Assembly (NCBI GenBank): GCA_013239625.1
Contig: MU053758.1
Span: 2,604,001 to 2,668,000 of the forward strand
Reading direction: 5' to 3'
Source of the DNA: Lama guanicoe
Lineage: Eukaryota
DNA: 64,000 nucleotides
Position numbers and translations under genes: made by a program. The notes beneath the pieces are model-generated. The model ran no database searches and was not told the origin of the DNA. It saw nothing but the letters and a program-made list of their open reading frames with translations. Shown in pieces: positions 38,817 through 52,772 of this stretch (position 1 is the first letter of the stretch; each line of letters begins with the position of its first letter).

Positions 38817-40288
38817 TGTGTTTTTCAGAATACTGTACAAAGGGAGTAAAAATCCTATTCACACTTTGCTTAGAAAGATTTTGAGGTGAAAGTTCCCTAT
38901 GATACATGGGGTGGGGGTTGGGAGGACCAGGAGGCAGAAAACAGGGCCCCGTGACCTCCCCCGCTCCCTCAGGGCCCTGGCACCCACACTTTCTCGGAAG
39001 TAGCACAGACCCAGTCGGATTAGGGAGGAGAGAAAGCGCCTCCTCTCCAGCCCAGGCTCCTGCCCTCGCCTCGGTTCCTCAGCCTGAGGAGGCAGCGCCT
39101 GCAGGTCACTCCTAGCTCCTTCCACTGTCCTGCTTGAGCAGGGACCATGCAGGACTTTGCAGCCCACCAACCATATCTGGGGAAAGCCTGACAGCCCCAC
39201 GTGTGCATGCCACACAAGAGACCCCGGCCCGGCGCCAGTCTGCACAACATTACCAAGGAAAAGGCTGCAGAAGGGCCCCACCACTCATCATTTCTGTCCC
39301 AGTGTCCCCATGCCCCTCACACCACTGTAGACAGTGTCAAATTGGATCCATGCTTAAGATGACTCATGAGCCTCTTCCACCAACCTGCACCAAGCCAAGC
39401 CAGGAGCTTCAAACCCACAGCAGCTTCCCTTCCTATTACCGCCACCATGCTGTGGGTGAATGACTCCTCCAAGCCTACCCGCTCCCTGACCACTTTCCAA
39501 AGAATGAGGCTGGGTCTGTCCCATCCCTCCCCCCATCACTTACACCAACCCCTGCTGCTATGTGGCCCCACTCTTCTAAGTCCCAATTTACCATCCCCAG
39601 CACTTCCCCAAACCCCCTCCCCACCTCCACCAGGGCCAGGATGGCTGCAGCCTTGGCCCCCTCACCTCTGGGACCAGGCCATCCACACCCAGCCCCACAT
39701 CCTTCTCCTTACCCTCCCCACCCCTACCTAGCACCCAGCGTGAGCTGAGTTGTACGGGAGCTGTCTGACTTGGATTAGACAATACTCTACGCGGAGGGAT
39801 GAGGCACTGTCCCACACTTGCTTATATATAAGCGCAAACTGAGTGTCATCCTAAAGACATAAGAATTAAAGTGAAACAATCTAGAAGCTGTACCGTCCCC
39901 TCTGCTCCCCTCACAGGGGTTAAAGTGCTTCAGCAGTCTGAGGATGAGCCAGCGAGCAGGGGGTTTCCCTGGCCTCCTGTCCCAACCTCGCAGGTCTGTG
40001 TTCAGCGTAGGAGCCCAGCCCATGCCATGACCACCCCCACCAAGTCTCTAACCAAAAGGCAAAAGGGAAAGATCAAAAAATTCAGAAGGGTCAGAGCCCC
40101 AGGGGGGCCCACCCCAACCCACTAAAAGCTACTTCAAGTCTGCTACTGGGGGAAGTGAGGGGAAAATTAGTGCCCAGAGGCTCAACCCCCATCTCTGGAG
40201 GTGCCCAAAGGCTCCATCTGTCTTCAGCATCGCAGCACAGGCATCTACCCGTCCCCTGCCACGCCAGGCAGGGGAAGGGGCTGCACCC

Positions 40289-41859
40289 TCAGTACTTATT
40301 GATTCCAAAAATCCGGACTCCGTGGAGCTGGGGCAGCTTGGGGATGAGCACGCTCATCAAGGACACAGTGTTGAGGATGAAATGGATCTGGTCGTACTTG
40401 GTATAGAAGCTGGTGAGGAAGTACCTGGGCAGGGCAGGTTGGGAGAGGTGTAAGACTCTGTTTGGGAGACCCCTTTCTCCCTCGCTCCCTGATGGGGAGG
40501 GGCAGGTTCCCGACAGCCGAGGAGTTCTGGGCAAGACCCCGGAACAGAAGTAGGGTGGCAAGATCCCTCCAGCTAAAGAAGCACCCGCTGACCCCGTCCC
40601 CTTGCTCTACCCAGGCCTGCGGACCCACTTTACTAGCAGGAAGGAAGCCCCAGCCAAGGATAGGCAGGACCAGGGAGGCACAGGCCTGAGCCCAGCGTAA
40701 GACCCAGGGATACTGTGACTTCCCCTCCTCTGCTCATTCCTATGCCAAGAGCCAGAGCTGGTGAAGAGTTTAAGCCTTGCGGGGCCCCAGGTCCTCCTCT
40801 ACCCAAGACACTCACAGCACGATAGGTGTGATGGTCAGGAATTTCCGAGACGCTGTGAACTGGACCCCATAGTCCATCTGTTCCCAGTGGGTTAGCAACC
40901 TCGCCTTGCCCTGGTCCGGGGTCTCAAACGGTGTCCCTTTCACTGTGTGCAGGAAGATGTACATGCCCTGGAAGCAGGGGGATCCTTCGTTAGAGGACAC
41001 AAAAGGTCAAAGGCTCTCCAGCTCAACTTCTCCACCCCAGTCATAGAAGTGGGCTCCAGGTGATCTGGAGCTCCTCTCTGCTGGGCAGGGGGATGTGGGC
41101 TGGAGGTCAGGCTGGAGCAGCTGGGAGCCTGGCAGGAGAGTGAGGAGACCCACTGGGTGAGAGGGCAGGCCTGGCATGAGAACTCATGGAGAGGAGGCAG
41201 CTACAGAACCAGCAGGGAGATGCCGCCCCTCCAGCCCGGCGGTGGCCTCCCTGTGCTAGCTGGGAGGGGACAAGCTCAGAGGAAGGAACTGGGCCCCTGT
41301 TTTCCCACCAAAAGAGTACCAGGTCGCAAGCAGGTGGTGAGGGAGCAGAGAGGGGCAAGAGGGGTAGACGGTTTGAGATCCTAGCTTCGGAAAGAGGTAT
41401 TTCTACCCTAGGCTAGGCACCTGGGTCCTGTGGACTCTTTGGGGCCCTTAGTTCAGCTCTCAAAGCCCATCTTCGAGGTCCACAAGCTGCACCGGCCCCC
41501 CTAGACCCTGGACATATCTGCAGACTTTATTCCAATAAGAGGAAGTAGGGCACAGAGATGAGAGCTGGGTCTGGGCTCTGGTGACTGCTGTTGTCAGCCT
41601 GTCACGCTGTCATCTGGCCCATGTCTAGGGGGGCTCCTTCTACTTCTCGGCCTCGCCCAAGGGCAGGCAGCAGGCAGGCCCTCACCATGTTGTGGATGAG
41701 GTTGGTGAGGGTCCAGACGACGGGGACGCTCACAAAGGGGATGCTGAGCAGCACGACGTGGAGAAGCCCGATGGCCAGCACGTAGGAGAGCCAGATGCCG
41801 CGGCTGTTCATCACCCGCGTGTTGGGGTTCACCTCGCTGTGCGCCGTTCCCACATTCAT
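40289..41859 (-). CDS. ORMDL3: ORM1-like protein 3 (serine palmitoyltransferase regulator), 153 aa, intact
   Basis: Exons 41859-41686, 40967-40816, 40424-40289 (174+152+136 = 462 nt, GT-AG). [34 protein letters not shown]...[25 protein letters not shown]...[18 protein letters not shown]. Confidence 0.98.
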
Positions 41860-44599
41860 CCTGCTGCCCCTCTCCTGCCGCTGTTCTGCAAACAAGCAGC
41901 ACAGGTGAGACGGGTCACACCACTTTCCCTGCCCCCTCACATCCTCCAAATCCTGCTCTCCCAGAGAACTCCAAGCTCTTCTACCGTCTTGAGTCTCCAG
42001 TGAGGAGGCCAGAGAACGTCCGTGTAGACTTAAATCTGTTCATTTCCCACCGCTGGACTGGGATAAACACCATCCTGCTCCACACATCATCCAATCAGGA
42101 AAGTGCCCTTCCAGGCACTGGGACTGCCTGGGTGGTTAGGTCATCAAGAGGCATTCAGCCCCAGAGCAAAGAAACCACTGCCCGTCCCTCAGTCTCACCC
42201 TCCAGAGGGCTCTCTTCCCACAAAGCCCAGTGGAGAAGAGGCCTGGTCCCTAAGCATCATTCAGTGTAACCCTGCTGGACTCCGTCTCATCGAGGGTCTG
42301 ATATGGGACATCTTCTACTCCTGAGCCCCCCACCCTCCCTTTCAGAAGGAATAAAAGGAGGTAAGAACATGCAGTGGTGGGTGAAATATTTGGGGGTCAC
42401 TGCTTCTACCTATCCCTCCGAATTCTCCAGTCCTGGGATTTCCCCCAGCCCTGACCCAGGCAGAGAAGAAAGAGAGGAAGGGAAGAAAAGAGAAAACAGA
42501 CGAGAGACAACCTTTGCCCAGACCTGGAAGCCTCCTTCTTGGTGACACAAAACAACCCATCCAGATGTTTAATCCATTTGGCAGCCACTCAGTCTAACCC
42601 TTGTGATGCTACTCACTCTGCTGCCAAACCACCATGGCCCTTTTCACCACTAGAGGAGTGGCAAGGATAGAGGACGTGGCCAACATCTACAGCTCCCACG
42701 GGTGCCTGGAATCCATATCAACACACCTCTCCCAAGGACACAAAAGCACACCTGTGGACTCACTCCTTGCCCCTTTCCTCTCTGTCTCCTCATCCTCACC
42801 TCAGCCTCCTTTCCCCTGCACCTGTTTCCAGGTGTAAGTTAGCACCATACGTTCCCTGCCCAGCTCCAAGGGTAGAAGTCCTACAGCAGGAGGAACCAGG
42901 AGAGCTGCCTTTGATGCCCAGGAAACAATACAGCCCAGTTGCATTCCTGGATGCAGGTAAGGAGGGGAGGGAGCAGTCCCTTGTCCAGAGCTTAGCTGTC
43001 CCCAGATCCCTGAGGGCCCTGTGACCAGCAGGAGGTGGGAACAGATGGCATCTTTGTACTGGCTCACCTCCGTAGCTGAGGGAAGATTCTGTCTGATAAA
43101 GGCCCTAAGGTCATCACCATGGTAACAGCCCACCTTCCTTGAGGATGTTAGAAAGGAGTCCCAGCTGAGGGTATCCTGAAGTGCCCAGAAGGCCACCTCC
43201 TTCACGCTGCTGAAACAAACCCCCTCAGACTCAGGTGCCCTCTATCTCTGGCTAGGATCCCAGAGCCTGTCTAGGAGCCGGAATTCTCAAGGATCAGTTC
43301 CCTACTTCCAGGATAATGGGAACAAGTTCCTTCTTCTCAGGTGGCACCAAGCTTAGAGACCTCAGGGGAAATGTGACCCAAAACACACCTTCCCAACATA
43401 CAAACACACATGACATGGCCAAGGGTGCATCCCAGAAGTAGTGATGCTCCTGGGGCCCATCAGCCCAGCCCATTAAGCTGGATAATTGGGCCCAACAGAA
43501 ACCCAAGGAACTAGAAAACTGGGACTGGTTCAGTTGTTTACCTTCCAGGGCCTTAGGGCTTCAGTTACCCTAACACAGCTCCTGGGACATTCAAAAGCCT
43601 CCACTTGGCAGGAGGAGGAGGGGGAGACTGGCTAAGAAGTCTGGGAGGGCTCTGAAAGACTTAACTACTGATTAAGGAGAGAGGAAAAAGTTCCCTAAGT
43701 CTGACCAGAAACTGCTGCCCCTCCCCGTTTCTCCCTACCCTAGACCTACCAGGGTATAGGAGTAGCCAGACCTGTAGCCCTCCTAGTATTCTGTCCAGGA
43801 GCGCCAAGAGCCTTGCTGAGTCCCAGATCATCCTACACTCCTTTCTGGCTGTAACAGGGCATCCAGAGAAGTCTGATCAGTCTAGGAGGGATCCAGACCT
43901 TTGACTTAACTGACCACCCTGGGAAGCTTCTTCCTGTAGCCTTCCTGAACACTAGGTGCCCTGACAGCAGAAAATCCCAGGAGACCCCCCCCAAAAAGAC
44001 AGAAGAGGTCAATAAATTAAGAAAAAGACTGGTAGCAGGAAGCCCTCTTGAGACTTTTGTGTGACTAAGGGTACATATCACGTCCACTAGTATAATAACC
44101 AATTGCCCCCGGCCCGGAAGGGGAGAAATGGGGAGAAGCAGCTGGCAGAGGTGGAGTAAGTGTACAGCAGCTGAGGCAGAAAAGTTCTGCCGCCATAGCT
44201 GGCAGGTGGCTGCCCGTGCCAGTCCCTGACGTGGTTTCATAACCTGCCTCAAACCAGAGCCTGCAGCAACTCTGTTCTGTTAACTACTTTCTTGCTGGTA
44301 GCGCTTTCCTACTCCTTCTCTCCCTTCCCCTCTGGCTTCCTACACAAATATCCCTGCCCAGCCTGTCTGACACCTAAGCCAAGGCCACAGTGAGAGCAGC
44401 CAGATGAGCGCTTCCTAATCTCTCCCCTAAGCAAGGGCAGCAAATCTTTTGCCTTCTGGGTGAGCAGCACAAAGCATCCAAGCCCACAATCTGGACCCCA
44501 ACGAGGAGTCCCTGGCAGCACGCCACAATGCCATGTTTATTCTGCCCACCCCACGACCCGCAGGGCCACAGTGGCTCACCTCTCAGCTCTGGCCCTGTC

Positions 44600-45450
44600 T
44601 CGAACTCGTGAGGACGGTGAGAATGGAAAGGCGGCAAGTACAGGAGCGAACCCAGACTAGCATCGGGAGAGAGTGAAGCGAGGAGAAGGAGTCCTCACTA
44701 TTGTTGGGGTTTTCTGAGTGGGACTTCAAGCCGAAGGCGGGGGGGGGGGGCTCCGCTCCGTTCCCGGGCTGGGACCTCCCACTCGGAGCTTGGCCAGATC
44801 CGGAGCCCCACCCCGAGCCCCTACGCGTTCACCCAGCCCTGGAAGAGGCCAAACCTTTATCCCCTAAGCCCAGCAGGTCCCCGCCCCCCACCCCCAGTCC
44901 GAGCGCTCCTCCGCGACGCCCCGGCCTCGCACACTTTCTTTTCCCTCTAGCCATCCCTTCGACTGACGTACCCCCCTCCTCGGCTGACGCACCCCCTCCA
45001 CCTCCGCTCATACAGTCCCGGTCCCCTCCAAACCCGGGCGCCTCCCCAGCAGCCCCCACCTCCTTCCCGGCCCGCTTCTAGCCTCAGGAGGCTCCCGGTT
45101 CATCCACTCCGAGGCTGCCTCTCCGGACTCACGGTGCGGGGCCGGAGGTCGAGGGCCCGGGAGGGGTGCCCGGGGGCGGGGGCCGCTGCTGCTCCAGCAG
45201 CTGTAATAACCCGCGGCAGCAGCTACCCTGCTGGCAGCTCTGGCCGAATCAGCGCCCCGCGCCGGCCCCCATTGCGTCACCGCCCAGCGCCGGCCCGCCC
45301 GACGCCTCCTGGGAGTTGTAGTCCCCCCCCCCCGCTCCAGCCCAGGCCTCGCTGGGGCCGCACGGAGGTTTTGATAGTGCGCCATACAAAGATCTGATCG
45401 TGTTGCTTTGGCGCATAACAATTCCTGCTTTGGCGTCCGCGGGCTTCATA
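44600..45450. promoter_or_regulatory. ORMDL3 CpG-island promoter with C/EBP-ATF-like site and ZNF143/THAP11-type motif
   Basis: CpG-dense. TGACGCAAT (minus) at 45271-45279 and ACTACAACTCCCAG (minus) at 45309-45322. Confidence 0.85.
45133..45255 (-). other. ORMDL3: ORMDL3 non-coding exon 1
   Basis: Donor acc|GTGAGT at 45133/45132 inside the CpG island. The start site is approximate. Confidence 0.7.
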
Positions 45451-48400
45451 AGGGGTTTACTCTTGCCCGGTTTGGCAGTTGAGGAAACTTGGAGTTTTAA
45501 TTAACTTGCCACAGGTTGCCTCTGGGTCCCAACCTGAACCAAAACCCAGAGATTCTGACCCCAAGTCATAATTTTTCAGCTACACCTCACTACCTCTGCC
45601 CTGGCTCTCCAGAAACTGACTATCCCAGCCCTTTGCCCTTTGGGCCCTCCTGGAAACGGGTTTTTTCTCGACGTTGGTTAGGATGAAAGTCTGGAGGGCA
45701 GTATTTGTCCACAGCCTATCTGCTCCTCAGTTTCACCTGACGCAGGCTGGCCTGCCCCAGGCACCATCCTCAGCACCCCTACATTTAGACGTCAGAAGAG
45801 GATATGTGACTAGGGAAGACGCCCTGATGAATAGCTAGGACCCTGAGTGCCAGTATCAGATCAGCTGTGAGGCTTTGGGTAGGAGGCTCTCTGGTCTGAA
45901 GTTTTCTTCATTCTCTAAAGGAAATGACATGAATTTTCCTGCCAGGTAAATTTAGCAGGCACTCCTTCATCAGCAGCATAACCCTGGGCAAATTACTTGT
46001 CTTAATCTCCAATTCCACACCTACAAAAACCTACCTCCAAGGTTGTGTGAATGCAAAAGAATGTTTGTAAAGCACTTGTTGCAGTGCAGGAGGTAATTTT
46101 TGTAGGAGGTTGAACTTAATGGCTCTTGAGGCCTCCTGGGTCACTCCCACTCTCCATGTCACCAAGAGAGCTTTGTTTGAGTAGTGTCCACTTCCCTGAC
46201 CCAGAAGCTAAGTCCCCTCTATGTATGGTAGGGCTGGAATAGTAGGATCAGGTGATGTAATGACACACCAACCTGACTGGCTGTTAACAAGCACTAAAAT
46301 GAAGGTGAGGAAGCAGAAAGGAGAATGCTGGCTCAGGGAACCTGGGGAGCACTCCTCTGTGACCTCATTCCCCGCTCCTCAGGGGGCTACCAAGAAACAG
46401 TTGTCACAAAGCTGGAGTGGGGCCCCTGGAGGCACCTAGTGGGCACCAGTCTGAACCACTCAGAGCAGGAGAACTGGCAGCTTCTCAAATATTTCCAGGG
46501 CCAGTAGCCCAAAAGCACTCATCCCAAGACCTAAATAATCACCCCAGAGTCTGAAAAAGTTTTGCCTGTGTCCTACAGAAGTCCCTGCTTGTTGGTGGAG
46601 GCCCCTTTCCTTACAGTCAGCCTTCTGAAGACATAAGCAAAAACTGAGTGTTGTCCTTTCTATAGGAATCTCCCCAATATTGAGGCCAAAAAGATGTCTC
46701 TATTTTTCCCAAAGAGAGCCTACTTGACAGTTTCAACTTTTCTCTAGGAGTCTTCCATCCTCCCTAAAATTGGTCAAGCTCTCTGGATCTTTATCGGTCT
46801 CCTCACTCTCTGTGAAGTTCAGTGACCCAGACTGGCTCCACGTCTCACATGGGGCCGGACTAATGCATAGCCTAACGGAAAGATTACTGGACATGCCATG
46901 CCCTATTCATGGCTCCTGTTATCAGGCTTTTTTTTTTTCCACAGTGGGAATGAACAGAGTACTGACTCACTCTAGGTTTGTGGTAAATTGTGGATCACTT
47001 TCTGCTTAATTTAGCCTGCGTCACTGGCATCATCTTTCTCGTCTAGCTCTCTGCCCTTGTGATTACCATGCCTTCACCACACATTCTTCAGCCTTGAAAA
47101 GGCCTAAGTACTGTCCAGAGTGAGTGACCATACTTTTTTATGGCGCCGGGGAACGCATAATCCCTTGGACAAACAATTGGTGAAAGTGCCAGGAGACTCA
47201 AAAGTCATTCAAGACTTGGAGCCGTGATTACATTTCTGGTAGCATCTTCTAAGGAAGTACATGCCATGTACTGTATGTGAAGATGTCATTCCAGCATTAT
47301 GTCTAATAGTGGAAAACTGAAAGCAACCTAAATGCCCAAGAAAAAAACTGTAGTACTCTATGGTTGTGAAAATGTATGGGAAAAATGTCTGCTAGGTTAT
47401 ATGAAAATATCAGGATGCAAAATAGCCTGAAAGCATTCTCCAGGAATGCAGTCAGCAAAACAAACACTTGGTTCCTTTAACAAATACATTGGAAACAATA
47501 GAAATAAAAAGGAGAGGGAGAAACTTACAGATTAAAAGAAATTAAGCAATAGATTAACCTCAAGCCTTGTCTGGGTCCTCCTTCAAGCAAACCAACTTTT
47601 CTTTTAAAACAAGACTTTATTATATTATTGAAGAATACTAACTATTCAAATGGATGATAGTACTGAAATATACATCTTGAAGCATGATATGGTATTATGG
47701 TAATTTTTTAAATTAAAAAGCCTCCTTATCTTTTGGAGCTGAAATATGTGTGGATGAATGATACACTGAGTGGATTTGCTTCAAAATAATCTGGACTAAG
47801 GATAGGGGAGGGGAATAAAAGAAACAAGTTGGGCCATGTGGTGATAATTACTGAAACTGAGAGATGAAGACATGAGATTCCTTTTATTGTTTTCTCTGCT
47901 TTTTTATGTTTGAAATTATCCATAATAAAAAATTTTTATAAACCTGCATATGCATTAATAATTATGATGAGACGAAATAGATCAACATGGTATGATCCTA
48001 CCTAGCACCAGACTGCCAGGGTTCAACTCCCAGCTCCTATAGTTACCAGCTGTGTGACCTTAGGCAAGTCACTGAACCTCTCTGTGCTGCAGTCACTTCA
48101 TTTCTAAACAGAGATGTTGATGATCTTGGTAATACCTCATGTTGTTGTAAAGATTAAATGGGTCATTAAATGGGAATCACTTAGAACAATTCCTGGCACA
48201 TGGTAAATGTTCTATACGTATTCCTTTTATTAATCCATTCCATGTTCCAGTGATATCTGAGCATCTACTTTATAGGCTGTGGAAATTCAATAAAATAAAA
48301 ATAGATCTTGTGTTAGGATGGAGGGCTTTGGGGTGATCTCTTTCATTCTCCAGTTTCAAACCTTGTAATGCGAGATTATTCATTGCAAATTTGTTATGAA

Positions 48401-49196
48401 AAGCGTTTGTATTTTTAAAACAGCGTGAGCCACCTTCACAGACTCTCCCTGCCCTCTGGGAGTTCCTTAGTCTGCTCCAGTAGACATGTTCCCAGCCTTG
48501 GGGCGTTTCCATATGGCAGGGTGGTGTGGCCTCTGCTTGCCACAGATACACTCGTGTTTGCCGAGATAGCAAACGTGGGCTGGGTAATAAGCTGGGAACA
48601 CATTCCTGGGGTGATGGTAGTGGTGGGAAGTGAGGAGGTGGGGCATCAAGAAACAGAGCCCCTTCCCCTGACCCCTGAGGGAATGAATCTTACTACCACC
48701 TACTCCTCTCCAATTCATTCCTCTGCTCCCCCCACCTCACCTCCTTCCTCCCTGAAAGGGAGGTGTTGAGGTCACACATGGAACAAGTGCAAGGAAGCCA
48801 AGAGCTGTTTATTTCTTCTGCTGTTGTGTTTTTGTTTGGATGGGCATGTGGTAGCAGTGGAGGGGAGAGGGCAGTGGTGCTGGGCAGACAAGAGTGCTGG
48901 GTGAGAGCGAGCAGGCTGATGAGAAATAGGAGAGGGTGTCAGGACTGGCAGCCTTGCCAGTGGCCACTCTGCTCTCCTCCCCTTGCCCAGCCCTGTAGTT
49001 AGCTATTTTGGGCTGCAGAGGGAAAGGGCTGAGCTTGCCAGGGCCTCCAGGGCCAGAGCCAAGGCCAGGGAACCAAGAACCTCCCTCTGGGAACCAAGAC
49101 CGGGCCGTTCTTTAGGAACCCTTCAATCTGTGTTTTCTTTGATTTGGACAATTGAGATTTTTCTCCCATGGAAAAAGAAGCAATTTAGAAAACTGT

Positions 49197-49605
49197 AAGC
49201 AACATGGACGGACCTGGAGATTGTTATACTAAGTGAAGTAAGCCAGAGAGAGAAAGAAAAATACCGTATGATATCACTTACACGTGCACTCTAAAAAAAT
49301 GACACAAATGAACTTATTTACAAAACAGAAACAGACTAACAGACATAGAAAACAAACTTACAGTCACAGAGAGGGGAGGGGTATATTGGGAGCTTGGGAT
49401 TTGCAGATACACACCACTATATGTAAAATAGATAAACAACAAGGTTCTACTGTAGAGCACAGGGGACGATATTCAATATCTCATAATAACTTATAATGAA
49501 AAGGAATATGTATATATGTATAACTGAAACATTATGCTGTATACCAGAAATTAACACATTGTAAACCAACTATACTTCAATTTTTTTTAATTGTTAAAAA
49601 AAAAC
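49197..49605 (+). mobile_element. L1 3'-end fragment
   Basis: gcaacatggacggacctggagattgttatactaagtgaagtaagccag... (end of ORF2), then 3' UTR and A-rich tail. Confidence 0.8.
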
Positions 49606-52131
49606 CCTTCATAAAAGAAAAAAGAAAACTGTAAATATTACAGATCAAAAGGGCAATGGCTATAAAAAGATTCTGGGCAGCCACTGCCCCAGGTCACCTT
49701 CCTCCTTCCCCTCCTAACACCAGTTCCTCCTTCGGCAACAATCACAGCCAATGTCACTGAGCGTTTGCTCTGTTCCATGCACCAGGCAAAGAGTTTTACA
49801 TGTACAAACTCTTCTAATCTTTAAAACAGCCTTGTGAAGCAGATATTTTTATTGTCTCCACTTTACAAATGAGAAAATCGCAGTACAGAGAGTTTAAATA
49901 TTTTGCTGAAGGTCACACAGCTAAGTGGCATTTCTCCCAAAAGCCATTCCTGGACACACACACCACCCTCCTCAGCCGTGTGTCCCTTGTGTTTCCATAG
50001 GTGCCTTGTAAAGATTTCTCCCCTGCACTGGGGGCGCTATATTTAAGTTATCCGTGACACATCCGCTTCCCCTATAGGCTGCTTGCTCCATATTGTCTTA
50101 CTCATATTTGCATTTCCTGCATATAGTAGGTTCTCAGTAAATGTTAGCTGAAGGACCCCAAACTACAGCCATACCAAGCCCCTAACCACTCTCAGAACAC
50201 ACCTCTTTCAGGCTCTTGTCTCAGCCTACAATGCCTGTCCTCCTATCCTTGTCCATCTGGTAGACTCCTCTTTGTCCCGCAAGGCCATCCCTCACCTGTC
50301 ACCTTCTCCAAGAAGGCTTCCCCAGCTGTCCATGCAGAACCCACTGCTTCATTCCCTGGGCATCTCAGCCAGAGCCCACCACTAGGCTATCAGGCGGCTG
50401 GACTGGTGCACACGTCCATCCTCCCCCATCGCCTGAGGGCTGTACTGCTTCTCTCCACATCCCCAGTGCCTAAGAGATCCAGGATGCGTGTGTTGAACAA
50501 ATGAGAGAGTACATCTGAGGATGTGAGCACGAGGGGTGTCCAGCCTTGGTCATTTTCCACAAGGAACAAGATTAACAGAGACCTTTGCTGCCCCTCCAGC
50601 TCAAACTGCCCAAGAGACTGGCGTTAGATGGGTCCCCGGCTCTCCTTTCCTTTCATTATTCTCCTCTACCCAGGCTGGACCTGGGGGCTTCAGACATCAG
50701 GGAGGCAGGGGCCTGGAGGCCTACTGACCTTCCTTCCTCCAAGGTCACATCTTTGGGGCATGGAGTTACAGCCCTTGGAGAGAGGAGTTGTGACTCAGCC
50801 CACCTAGGGTGGGGGCCTGAGGGGCCTATTTACCAGGGCCCTGAACTTGAGAGCCAGAACCTGCCATGCCTCAGCCTCTTCCCTGCCCCACCATCATAGG
50901 CACATTGAACATAAGGCTGGAAGGGGTCTCAGAAGCCGTGAGGTCCAGAGAACCAAAGGCCTAAAGAGGCTGGGGAAGGACATGCCCAATGGCACGGATA
51001 TCTGATGATCTTGGGCCTGGCCTAGGGGTTCTCCATGCACCTCACAGGCCACGGTAAAGGATGGAACACCCCAGTCATAGCTCCTTCTGTCCCATGCCAT
51101 GGCTTCCACCAAGGCTCTCATCATCTCCCACATGGACTGTTGCAGTAACTGGTGTCTCTTCCACCCATACATCTCACACACAGCCAGCAAAGTGACCCAA
51201 AGATCAAAGCTAATTTTAAAACCCTTCAATCCATCAGCCACTGAACCAAGTCCTAATCCTTACCTGGTGTACAAGACTGCGGGGATCTGGTCCCTCTCCA
51301 CTCTAGCTGTAGCCTTTGCCACGATCCCTTCTACTCTACTGTCTAGGAGACGCCAAGCCCTCTCATGCTCCCTTGTTCTTGCACATACTCTGCTGCTCCA
51401 CCTGATGAACTCAGCCTTAAAGACCCGGCTCAAGTGTCACTCCCTGGTAGAGCCCTCCCTGATGTCCTGGAAAAGTTAGGGTATCAGGGTAGGAATGCTC
51501 TCAGCTGGAAGCAACAGAAAACCCAAGCAAAGGAATGATTCCGACCCCGGGTTGCCATCAGAATCCCCTAAGGAGCTTGTAAAAGTCCCCATCACTGCAC
51601 ACAGGTCAGATCAATTTAATCAGACTCTCTGAGGTAGACCCAAGTAATTTTCAAAACTTCCCGTATTCACATGTGCAGCCAAGTTAAGAAGAACTGAAGC
51701 AGGGGTTGTTTTCCTCACATAATGAGTCCAGAGGCGGGTGGGTGCTGGTGTCGGCTGAGTGGCTTAGTGACATCCAGGCCAGCGTCTCAGTGATTCTCTT
51801 CACCTTTCCTTTCTGCTTTGCTGCCTGATGGCCACAAGATAGCTGTAGCTGACCCTTCGAGATCAAAGCAGGAAGAAAGCTATAGGGAGAAGGGTAGGCC
51901 CCAATCCATCCTCTCTCATGAGCAAATCAGACTGACCTAGAAACCACTTCATCAGACTTCTGCTTACATGTCATTGATCGTATTTTCCCCATGGCAAAGG
52001 TGGCTGGGAAAGTGGACAATGGCATTTCAGATAAATTGAGAGGACCAATCAGGCTCTGTCATGAGGGGCTGAACGCACTGCTACTCCCAAATCAGCGTGT
52101 GTTATCCGGGTGGGAGGTAAGGCATGGATAC

Positions 52132-52772
52132 TGCAGGGTGGCAGAATAAACCACCTTCCACAAAATATGCCAGTTGGGCATAGGGATTATTTTGAGCTAA
52201 AGGCACATTAGGGAAAAAAAAAGAAACAGCAGATGCAAAAAGAGCATTCTAATCTCTCCTTTTCTTCTAGAAAACAAGAGACAAAAAAATCCCATGTGAA
52301 AGATGCCCTCCCTGTACCGAGAAAAGAAACATTCTTTGATGGGGAATCAAAGCCAAGAAAATTCTGTACAGACCTTGTTAAAATCATTCTTATCCTCGGT
52401 ATATTTTAGTCACTTTTTCACAATTTCCTCCCTTTATTCAACCTAGTATAAAAGTATTAATGTTTTGCCATTTCCTTGGGTCTTCATTTCCTTAATTTTT
52501 CTTATGCATTGAGAATTTTTTTTTAAGGCTTGTTTTTTTTTTTAATGGAGATATTGGGGATTGAATCCAGGACCTCCTGCCTGCTAAGCACGTGCTGTAT
52601 CCCTGAGCTACACCCACCCCCTGGGTCTTCATTTCCTCATGAGGGCTCCCATGTCATGTAAGACATATAAATGTGTGTGCTTTTCTCTTCTTAGTCTGTC
52701 TTATGTCACTTTAATCCTCGGGCCCAGCTGAAAAGCCCTAGTTGGGTGGAGGTAGAATGTTGCCTCCCCAAC
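52132..52772 (+). mobile_element. ERV1 solo LTR (MER34-like) interrupted by a SINE
   Basis: cagaata...caaaatatgcc...ggcatagggattattttgagct start, TATAAAA at about 52448, ends ...cctccccaaca. Confidence 0.65.
52493..52621 (-). mobile_element. tRNA-derived SINE with 16-bp target-site duplication
   Basis: TSD tgggtcttcatttcct at 52477-52492 and 52622-52637 flanking the SINE body and tail. Confidence 0.85.

Noticed and set aside
44701..45449. Several ORFs across the ORMDL3 promoter
   Set aside because: GC-rich, stop-poor sequence in the CpG island and non-coding exon 1.
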